Shown: positions 53,435 through 64,000 of the stretch, piece by piece
Numbering within the stretch: the first letter of the stretch is position 1
Layout of the letters: every line of letters begins with the position of its first letter
Origin: Octopus vulgaris
Lineage: Eukaryota
Reading direction: 5' to 3'
DNA length: 64,000 nucleotides
Assembly (NCBI GenBank): GCA_951406725.2
Contig: OX597820.1
Coordinates: 90,644,001 to 90,708,000 of the forward strand
Program-made: the position numbers and the translations under genes
Notes under the pieces: generated by a model
What the model was told of the DNA's origin: nothing
The model's input: the letters and a program-made list of their open reading frames with translations, nothing else
The model's database searches: none

Positions 53435-54539
53435 AGAGAAAGAGTGCATGCATAGATACATTGATACATATACAAAAACACACAGAGATTTATTTGTACA
53501 CGGGGAGTAACAAACTTCCAATTTTTTGAAACAATATCATTCGTCAGTTTACATTCGATATACTGTTGCAGCAGCTTGCAGCATGCAGAGCTGCATCACT
53601 GTATCGGCACATCAACACAGCTAGCAAGGCAGAAAGAGAGTTTAAGATGGTAAGAGAGATAGAGGCAGAGACAGAGACAGAGACAGACAGAGAGAGGGCA
53701 AGAGGAAGACACGGGGGGGGGGCGCTTAAAACGATGGGGAAGGAGAAAGTTGTTAAGGCGCCATAGACCACCCGCGCAGCCGCATCTGCAGTATGCAAAC
53801 AGCAAACCAGCAACAGCTATTTTCCACTGTCGTTTGGTTTAGCTAACTTAGCATCTACTATGAATGAACTTTTGCTAGAGTTTTAAGATCAATTCCACTT
53901 ATTAATGTATCTTTTACATCCAACAGGGCCTTGTTATTGCACTACTTAGCCAACTTTCTCTTGGGTCACTCATTTTGACTTTCATAGAACACTTCAAACA
54001 TTGTTCTATTGATTCATCGAATATTTTCAGTAAGGATATGAAGAGAAGCGAAGCAAGCGGGACGCATGGTATCTATATCGATGATAGAAAACGTTAGAAG
54101 GATTCAAAAAGCAGCAGGAGGAGCAACAACAGCAACAACAATAACACACATAAACGAAAACAAAACTGAAAATTAATTAATAAACAACATGGAACAAAGC
54201 CGCAAACAAAAGACGCTCCTGTGCGTAGGGAATCAAAATCGAATGAGAAAAAGCGAAAATATAAACAAAAAAAAAGAAATAATTGGAATGGCGCAAAAAA
54301 GAAAATTAATGAAAATAACAACAACAACAACAACAAAATCATGTTAACAAAATAAGAAATCTTGAACAAGAAATTTAGTTCGATTTTTCTCGGACATTAT
54401 TATAAATTTATTGCCTGTGTGCCTTTTAGGGTTACTCGTAAATTGGGAGACAATAGCGTCTGTTGTAGTTGTGTTATGCCTATTGTTAAACATTGTTTAC
54501 ATATCGTTATTGTTGTTAGTTTTTGTTCTCTCTCTCTCT

Positions 54540-54570
<31 letters not shown>

Positions 54571-54699
54571 GAACATTTATTACACACACTCACATTCACA
54601 CACACACACCGCCAGCAGCACGCGACCGTCACCGCCACCATCAATATCAACGATATCATTTTTTACCAGCAGCACTAGCAGCAGCACCAACACCACCAC

Positions 54700-54743
<44 letters not shown>

Positions 54744-54925
54744 CCACCATCACCCTTGTTTTTTCTTCGTGTTGCTGCTGATGTGACCGATACAGGTTAT
54801 TGTTCGGAGTAGTTGATCCAGCGAGGATATACATATATATATATAAATGCACACACACATACGCACAAACACACACACACACATACACACAATCAAACAC
54901 ACTCACACACACACATATCTGTCGG

Positions 54926-54961
<36 letters not shown>

Positions 54962-55065
54962 TATATATATATAAAAGAAAGAGAGAGATGCATATATACA
55001 CATCCACATACATTATGCACGCACACACACACACACACACACTAAAACACACACACACACGTACG

Positions 55066-55097
<32 letters not shown>

Positions 55098-55654
55098 AAT
55101 GCACACATTTACTCGCCAGTACTCACGCACACACACACGCTCAATAAATAAAGCCTGAAAAGAAATAACAAATAATTAATGAAACGCATAAAACACACAA
55201 CAGCGATGAACGAGTCTGTTAATGCGGGTGGTCTTATACTATAGCAGTCATATGATCAACAGAAAGACAGACTAAAATAGCGGCGGTATCACAGTTTATT
55301 GGGCGACATACAACTTTTTTCTCTTCTTTTTATATTTATCGATTTATTTACTTATGCTTTCTAATTTTGTTGTTCTTGTGAATATAGTTGTAGTAGTAAA
55401 AGCTATTCTTGTTCTTGTTGTTGTTGCTGCCTCTATAGCGGTTGTTTTTTTTTTTTTTTTTTTTGTTTTTTGTTTATTTGTTATGGGCGATGTGATCATG
55501 GATTTCTTTCCGTGTAGAAAAATAGTTTTGTTTTTGTTTGAACGGTCGTGAACTAGCAAAAATCTTCTTTCACTCTCTTTATGCGTTCGGACATGTAGAA
55601 GCGGAAACTATCAAGTGTGCAGCGCGTGCACGCGTGGAAACACATTCATACACG

Positions 55655-55696
<42 letters not shown>

Positions 55697-56701
55697 CACA
55701 CGCACACATACACATTCACAAACACACCTTCACGGTATAAACACGAACTCGCATATACGTTTGCATTCATCACGCGTGCATATGATCAGTAACATCCACG
55801 CACACACGCATACACACACACACCAAATTCCTGGAGGTAAACATTCTGTACTAAACAATCTGTTTTAAGGAAATTTCAGATGAAAGATTATAAATATCTT
55901 TCGTAGGATTTAGATTTAACGCTGCTACCAGAATGAGTTGAAAGGTTAAACTCTACTGCGTGTTAAGTTCGTCAGCTTGACCTGTCCATGACATGGGAAG
56001 TTAAACTAAAATGTTTCTCTCGATTCTTTCATTACCCGGATATTTTGTCCGGTGCAGTTTTATCAAACCATACTTATAATGTAAGACTGATTCATGAGTT
56101 ACCTGAGTCCTTCGCAAACACGTAAAGAAAAAACACAGAACCTTTCTCTCTGTATAGTGATTATACTGAAAGAATTACTAAAGGGAGTCAAGATTAAATA
56201 GTTTCCCACATAAGGTTTTTCAAAAATTGCTTAGAGTTTGGCTCCTTTCAAGATTCCCTGGTCAATTTTAGACAGATTAAGCCCTCCACATGTATTTCCT
56301 ACAATAATTCTATTAGATGTATGCCATGCTTAAATGAGAATTATTTTAACCTGTTCCCGGACAAATCAGCTTTGAACTGAAAATCTAAGTTATTGAACTG
56401 TTGCAGACATTTTGCAAACTTTCTGGTTTCGAAGTCACTTTCACCGAAGGAATGCTGGACACAGTACTTACTCTGTCACCATTTAATATTCTATTCATTA
56501 TTTTGGGGGATATGCTGAAACTTACTCGTACACTCCCATCCCTTAATTTCATTCGACGATTTTATTCGTTTTTAATATAGTCTCACATAAATTCTACATG
56601 GGTTTCAATCGATTAAGATAGCGATCATCTATGCGAATTTTACAAAAGTTGTCTTTACTTTCTGCTCCCGTGCTGAGCTTTTTAAAATTCGTTCTTTCTA
56701 C

Positions 56702-57125
56702 AGACGCAAGCGTGGTTGTATGGTAAGAGGATTGCTTCAGAAATACAAGAAGGTTCAGTCCCACTGTGTGGAATATTGGCAGATTCCTTTCACTATAGCC
56801 TCAGACCGACCAAAGACTTGTGAGTGTTATCAGAAGACAGCAATTGAAAGAAGCTAGTTATATATGTTTATGTATGTCTTTGTGTGTATGTGTGTGGGGG
56901 TGGGGGTGGGGTGTACCTCTGTGTGTGTGTATCCCCCACAACCATTTGGCAACCGGTTTTGGTGTATTTACCTACCCGTAACCGTAACATAGCGGTTCAG
57001 TAAAACAACTGGTCGAGTAAGTACAAGGCTTTGAGAATAAGTATAGGGGTCGATTCGTTCGACTAAAATTCTTCAAAGCGATGTCCCAGCATGGATGCAC
57101 TCTAACACCCGAAGCAAGAAAAATA
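56702..57125 (+). mobile_element. SINE family A, old copy
   Basis: AGACGCAAGCGTGGTTGTATGGTAAG..GGTTCAGTCCCACTG..GACCGACCAAAGAC. Confidence 0.7.
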
Positions 57126-57464
57126 AACCCCTTTCATGTGATTTCCCACCGACTTTTCAGCCATGTTTAATTTTGACCAGAAATTTTGTCTGAATGTACG
57201 TTTAGTTTTATGATATTCTCACTTCGCCAACCACACCAGATCCAAATCTGAATTCGCATTTATGGACTTTCTTTTCTTCCACCTGCTCTTCGTTCCACAT
57301 ATAGGCGCAGGAATGGCTGTCGTTAGGAAGTTTGCTTTGTAATATCGTAACTAAACGACTTCTATAGCTCTGAAACAACCATCATCTTGTGAATGTATTT
57401 AATGGACTGAAACTGTGACGAAGTGCGTTATATATATAAATATATATATACGTATTTATGTATG

Positions 57465-57509
<45 letters not shown>

Positions 57510-57929
57510 TTATATTTATATATATATATACATACATATATATATATATGTATGTATGTATGTATATGTATATCTATATATCGATCTATATCTATATAAA
57601 TATACATAAGTGTGTGTATGTGCGCCTATGCGTGTGTGTGTGTGCGTGTGCACGCGCGCACATGCTGTAAAAACTTAAGCTTTTTAACATATTCATTATC
57701 GTTGCACATATACTTCCTTGCAAAGCTAACTTCTGTAAGTTACTTAACCATTGCCAGATTTTAGTTTTTCACCTCTTCTGTCTCTTACAACAGTCTACTT
57801 TCACTTTCTTTACCTCTCTGACTCTGCACTCCACACCATAAAGAATTTATTTAGTTATTTGTTACTATAGGTGTTCACGCTCCTTATTTTTAAATTGTGT
57901 TGTAGTCTCAGTGTGTCATTGTTTCCTAA

Positions 57930-58230
57930 TCTCTAAATTGGTTTGTCTAGACTTTTCCTCTGCACGTGAAGTTTAAAGCCATTTCCCTTCATCAGAGCAT
58001 GACGATTCGTGTTGTGCCAATTAATTTTATTCGTATTAAAGTCTGTATTATTTTTGTCAACAGTGAGTCGGTTTTTGAAGCGACAGATTCCATCGATTCT
58101 GGAATACGACAACACCCTGTCCAATTAGCTGATTATTTGCTAATTGTCATTGCACCAATTAAAACCATTGTTTTAATTGTATTGTTCCAAAAGTTCACTT
58201 TTGCCTCATGATTGGTGAAGTGTAACTTTT
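57930..58230 (-). mobile_element. Penelope-like 3' end remnant with decayed hammerhead
   Basis: Residues resembling a GIY-YIG C-terminus (FNW..RV..N..W), followed by CTGATGAAGG at 57995-57986. Confidence 0.4.
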
Positions 58231-58453
58231 CAGCTTCAATAAAACTAGATATTTTAATCGCATGCTATTTACTCCCTCTTGATTTACAATTACATGCTTA
58301 CGTGTAAAGATATATATATATATATTATGTGTGAGTTTGCATGTATATGTGTGTATGTTTCTGTATGTACACATCAAAGGTTTTATACTAAGTTCACAGG
58401 AGCACATATTTCATTCCGACCGGTATACATTTTCAGTTGAAAATATATTGTGT

Positions 58454-58930
58454 GAAGGCGGTGAGCTAGCAGAAACGTCAGCACGCCGGGCGAAATGCTT
58501 AGCGGTATTTCGTCTGTCGTTACGTTGTGCGTTCAAATCCCGCCGAGGTCGACTTTGCCTTTCATCCTTTCGAGGTCGATAAAGTACCAGTTACGCAATG
58601 GAGTCGATGTAATCGACTTAATCCGTTTGTCTTTCCATGTTTGTCCTCTCGTGGGTAGTAAAGAAATAGGTATTTCGTCTGCCGCTACTTTCTGAGTTCG
58701 AATTCCGCCGAGGTCGGCTTTGCCTTTCATCCTTTTGGGGTCGATAAATTAAGTACCAGTTACGCACTGGAGTCGATGTAATCGACTTAATCCGTTTGTC
58801 TGTCCTTGTTTGTCCCCTCTGTGCGTAGCCCCTAGTGGGTAGTAAAGAAATAGGTAAAGAAATAGGTATTTCTGCCGTTACGTTGTGAGTTCAAATTCCG
58901 CCAAGGTCTACTTTGCTTTTCCTCCTTTCA
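58454..58930 (+). mobile_element. SINE family C tandem array with Tx1-type tail
   Basis: One A-box head followed by three units starting GGTATTTC at 58504, 58669 and 58865; the first two units end GTGGGTAGTAAAGAAATA. Confidence 0.85.
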
Positions 58931-59104
58931 CTGCTTTCCATCATTTGAGTGCTAATTCATTCAGTTCAATTCAGGTATATTATCATTTACTACCCATCGC
59001 ATGAAAATTCTGCTTCTATCATTATGCTTTTTACCATAAAATTCATACATACTTATTATACCTATGCGAGTGCATAGATAGATAGATGAGTGTGATATAG
59101 ATAG

Positions 59105-59137
<33 letters not shown>

Positions 59138-59187
59138 TGTATGTATGTATGTATGTATGTATGTATGTATGTATGTATTTATGTATG

Positions 59188-59221
<34 letters not shown>

Positions 59222-59222
<1 letters not shown>

Positions 59223-59345
59223 TTCGAGCCCCAAAGATGAAAGGCAAAGTCGACATCGGCGGCATTTGAAATCAGAACGTAGCGACAGACGAAATACTGC
59301 TAAGCGTTTAGACCAGCGTGCTAACGAGTCTGCAAGCTGGTCACC
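59222..59345 (-). mobile_element. SINE family C 5' fragment
   Basis: GATGAAAGGCAAAGTCGAC..GACGAAATAC.GCTAAGC is the reverse complement of the family C head. Confidence 0.7.
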
Positions 59346-60159
59346 TAATGTGCATACTAAATAATGCCGCGATTACATGTAAAGAACTTAATATGAACTT
59401 AGGAGAAGAAAAGGAGAAGAAAAGGAGAAAATGCCGTTGTTAATTGAGTATGCCTTAACTTTAAGATTTAAATTTTGCCGATGGGGATTTACATTTGTCG
59501 ATATTTTTCTTTAGTACCTTAGCTTTTACATTTTCAACCATTTTTTACTGTATATTTTTTCTGGTTTATATATTGTTTCAGATTAACTGCCATCAATACA
59601 TAAGCAATTCTTTAAGCTACAAATTCAGATTTTATATTTAGAAAACTCTTGTATATATGTTTAAGACAGATATAATAATACTATTTGCTTCTGAATCTAC
59701 TAAGAATAAAATACTTTTCACCTTGAGGATGTATCCAATTATGTCAACAGAATAATACAGGCGTATATACAAAAATTACGGAGTTACATATTCTGCTCAC
59801 ATTTGCAAATGATCTTATATATATGTATGCATGTATATATATCTCTAAATTATAAATCTGAAATGCGAAAAGTTTCATTGTCTGTTTGTCTGGTTTTGGC
59901 ATTAAGAACGGGTTAAAGGCCACTAGAACCCGTCAGATTGACTCCAAAATTTACAGGGACATGTAAGATGAGGTGAGGATGCAAGTGGGCCAGGTTAGAA
60001 ATCCCCATCAAGGTGTCATTGCTAGGGCCAAAAACGCACTTTGACAAGTCTACTCACGTTCTTTTATGTATCTGTCTTCCTCCGTCACTCACTCTCTTTC
60101 TTCCCTTCCCATCACTTTCTATATATAACGTCGTTTAACAGCGTCTAACTCCCCTTCAC

Positions 60160-60594
60160 ATTCTGCTCACATGTATGCTCACTTGCAAAAAATGAGACCT
60201 GCATTGGTGAATCGGCGTAGCCCAATTCTGCTCCACTATAATGCAGAGCCACATGTTGCAAGGAAGACGCTGCAGAAACTCACATACTTGGTATACGAGA
60301 ATTTACCACATCTTCTGTATTCCCCTCATCTACTACTTTTTAAGAATTTAAACAAGTTTTTAACTGATAAATCTTTCAGGTCCAAACCAATGGTGGAATC
60401 AGCTTTAAAAGATTTCTTAGCATCATAGGCAATACGTTTTCATCAACGAGGCATAAATAATCTCGTTGATCGATGGCAGATATGCATAGATGTTCACAGC
60501 TCATACTTTGACTAATCAAAACATTTCTATTGTTCATTTTACCAGAATAAAATCTTGGTTCTGAAATCGGCCATTATTTTCGGAACAGCCAAAT
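60160..60594 (+). mobile_element. Mariner 3' fragment (cecropia/Hsmar1-like)
   Basis: RPALVNRRSPILLHYNAEPHVA..LPHLLYSP; terminal CCATTATTTTCGGAACAGCCAAATA. Confidence 0.85.
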
Positions 60595-60653
60595 AGATAT
60601 ATATATATATATATTGTTGATATGGAAATATGTATGTATGCAATATATATATG

Positions 60654-60777
<124 letters not shown>

Positions 60778-60861
60778 TATATGTATATATATATATACAT
60801 TATATACGTATATACATATATACATACACACACATATACAAACACATATGTATATATATAT

Positions 60862-61690
60862 ACAAGGCGTGGTGAATAAATTGTAGTCTAAATGACGCAA
60901 AAATGACAATAACACTGGCGTCACATTTTAACAGACATACCAAAATTATATTAAATTATCTTGAAATACTAAAGAATAAATTTATTCATTAAAATCGCGA
61001 TTGTCTTCAACCACACACTCCAGACAACTTCTCCTTGTTTAAGTTGGTGACTGCTACCATTCTGGCCTTTACTTCATCTTTGGTGTTACAATGAGTTTTG
61101 TTGGTCTCTCACCCAACACAATAATCAAGAGGGTTGCAGTCTGGGGAATTAGGTGGCCGGACTTTTGGGAGTGAAGTGGTCGCAGAAATTGTCTGAAAGC
61201 CATGGTTGGATTCTCCTGCTTGTGTGGCATGATGCAGAATCCTGTTGCCATAGTATCTTCTGTTAGCCATGCTCTTGACCCAGAGCAGCACTACTACCTC
61301 CAGGAATTTGGTGTAGGCCTCCGTGTTGAGCCTGGGAAGATGTATGAAGGCATAACATCGCAATCACTAGTGGTCACTCCAGATATTATGATGTTGACTG
61401 GATGTTTGATCTTTATCGTGGCACATGTCCTCAGATTTCACTGTCCTCAGATTGACACGCAGATAGTCTGTCTGAAACGTTCGTATTGGAGCTTCCAGCG
61501 CGAATGCCGAACAGAACAGCATGTCATTTCCAAATTTCTGCAAAGTGAATTGCTTCATATTGCTGTTTTTCTCACAGACAGTACCTACCTGACCCTACTA
61601 TACTCCTAGTCGACTATATAAAAAACAATCAATGCAGATCTGCGAAAATATGAATATGAAATGGCGGCTATTTAGCCGTAACACCCTAAA
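60862..61690 (-). mobile_element. Decayed Tc1/mariner-superfamily element (DD37D/maT-like)
   Basis: RPPNSPDCNPLDY motif, RLNTEAY..FLE.VVL.W; degenerate TIR-like ends. Confidence 0.7.
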
Positions 61691-62299
61691 TTTGCCTATG
61701 TATCCTTTTATAGCTGTACTTGTGTAGCTATATAACTCGTTCTTTCTCATCTCTTTCCAGTCCACACCTATTCTAATGAAGCTTAAGATCTGAAACGTCA
61801 TAATACTTTACTAATTCCATTTGTCTAGCTATCAAGTTGATAATTTCCGTCTTGAATTAATTTCGTCTTGTAATACATTGCTTTTGATATTTTTTGTTGC
61901 TTTGTCTGCGATACACGCATGCACGCAGACACAAACACACCTGACACAAACACACACAGAAACAAACACACACACACTCCAACAAACTGAAACACACGTA
62001 TAAGTCACACATCTAAAACCATAAAAGTTAACTATAATTTATTGAGAATCTAATATGTATAGACTTATATGTTAAGTAGTCTTAGCAAACATAATTTGAG
62101 TTACTAAAAACATAGTGTAAGGTGTTCACAATCCAACGCAACATGAATATCAAAAACCTAAATTATAATCATTGTATATTATAGATAATTATGATACATC
62201 TAATAGATAGATGGAGAAGGTAAACAAACGGGAGTTGAAATTGAAAGTGACAAAAGCCTTCCGTTCCACGATGCAACAATCAACTGTACATCATAGCTA

Positions 62300-63350
62300 A
62301 AGCTCCGAATTTGAATAAGTATATTTACTTGAATACAATGAGTAACTACCAGAATTACTTTTAAAGTACTTCATATACTATAAATCTTAACCACTTGGCT
62401 GTGATAATGCTGCATACCTCCTTGGAGAGTTTTGTCCAATAGATATCACAGATATCATATATATATACATAAGGCTCTAAAAGACAGTGTATTTAGCGAG
62501 GAAATAACCTATACACCTGTCACCAGTCCAATAATAAAGAAAAGGAAACATAGGAATAGGGAGACTATCTGGTTCACAATCTCCCTACTCCCACAGAATT
62601 GACCTTTAATATAGGTAAGTATTTCTTAGCACTGATAGATAGACATTTTCCAGTCAGCCATAGTTACAGAAAGCTCTTCAATAGACATGACTTAAATATT
62701 ATTTGCAGCTCGACTACTAATTATAAAAATATAATCGCACACAACACAGAAAAGCCACAAAATCAAACCAGCTGTTCATACAGGGATAAAAGTTTCTACC
62801 CGCTAAATAGAGATTGCATGCCCGAGACCAAAATTTAGGAAGCCACCGTAGACTCTACAACCACTAAGGGCACAGTTTCGACAAAGAAATATGTGGGCCT
62901 TACAGAAGCGAATTTCAACGCCAGCTTCAACTATCACACCTTGAGCTGTGTGTTTCATGTGAGTCTGAGTGAGCATATGCATATACGCTCATGTGCGTGG
63001 GTGTGCGTTAGCGCTTGAGTATGTATGTAATGCACGCATACGCGATTGCTATGAGCATTTTCATTCCTTTACTTTTCACTTCCCCCCCTTCGGTTTTTTC
63101 CCTCATTTAACAGTCATTCTAACAGTTCTTTTGTTTGTCTTAATAACGGTCAATTACATAGTGATTTCACTTTGTTTAACGGTCATTTTCATAGATTATT
63201 TTGATTGCCTCGATAACTGAAGAGATGCCGGTGCAGGTTTCCCCGCCAACATCCGAATATCATGGCAACCGAATAATTGTCACATATTATATTACATATA
63301 AATTCCTCTATTTGCATAATATCGAGGTATCTTTCATTCTTTTGATATCT
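62300..63350 (+). mobile_element. Penelope-like element remnant, Naiad-like (RT thumb, Cys linker, GIY-YIG start, pLTR with decayed hammerhead)
   Basis: RNRETIWF..NIGKYFLALIDRHFP.SH.YRKLFNR..NIIAHN, CSYRDK..YPLN..C, KKYVGLTE.NF. Confidence 0.8.
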
Positions 63351-63827
63351 TAACACTACTATTAATCATGGCCTACCTAGTTTCAATGTTGTTAATGATG
63401 TCATACCAAATAGACCAAAAAGAACAATATCTTATCTCTTCTTCATTTCCGCCTATAAAAAATCTTAGACTTTCCTCTTTCTCTTTTTCTTCCCATTCTT
63501 TTCTCTCATGTCTTGCTCTACGTATCCTTAGAAGACATTTCCTTTTTGCTAACCGAATTATGTTAGCCATTAAACTATTTTATATTCGCCACAATAGTAT
63601 GCTATTGTATAGCTCTGACTCACTACACTTTTGCCGTCTTCCCAACATTAACCCAAAAAAGGGATGTTTAATATAGAATTAATGTTTAATATAGTCGTTT
63701 CCTTCCATATTTTCGAGAGAAGCCACTTACTAGAGAAGCTGTAGCTCAAAGGTTTTAGGGTCTGAAGAAAGGCTGTAAAGCTAAGTGCTTTAAGGACAGC
63801 AGTCCAAGAGTAACTGCATAGACCAGG

Positions 63828-63888
<61 letters not shown>

Positions 63889-63891
63889 ACG

Positions 63892-63925
<34 letters not shown>

Positions 63926-64000
63926 TCTATCTATCTATAAATCTATCTATTCACATACAGAGACATATATGCATACATATAAGTATATATACATACATAT

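Noticed and set aside
53930-53960. TATTGCACT, a miR-92-like 5' sequence
   Set aside because: There is no complementary arm to form a precursor hairpin.
58504-58930. CRISPR-like repeat array
   Set aside because: The units are 165-196-bp SINE bodies without unique spacers, in a eukaryotic context with no cas genes.
59843-60050. Helitron-like 5' start
   Set aside because: No 3' hairpin with a CTRR end was found; too weak to call.

Overview
AT-rich eukaryotic intergenic or intronic DNA with many (TA)n, (CA)n, (GA)n, (TATC)n and (TAA)n microsatellites and tRNA-headed SINEs. The repeat landscape looks like an octopus or other coleoid genome (inference). No host protein-coding gene, rRNA, true tRNA or CRISPR array can be supported, and most short ORFs in the track are microsatellite artefacts. 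The window is mostly decayed transposons: mariner/Tc1, hAT-Buster, Chapaev-like, R4/Dong, RTE, Tx1, Penelope-like and four SINE families (my labels A-D). The best candidate for a new system is a Tx1-linked set of elements that target SINE tRNA heads. (i) Two divergent ~2.1 kb ORF1-only (RRM-like plus CCHC knuckle, no RT) retroelements are inserted head-to-tail at the same base of one SINE head, separated by three copies of a 15-bp target duplication (21409-25980). (ii) They share a covarying 3' hairpin, and they share 3'-terminal sequence with an ORF2-bearing Tx1 fragment (34722-35574). (iii) A SINE with the same Tx1-type tail forms a tandem array whose units restart inside its own head (58454-58930). 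A well-formed minimal type-I hammerhead ribozyme also sits inside a TA-embedded foldback element (17850-17907, minus strand). All calls come from manual reading; no database search was run.
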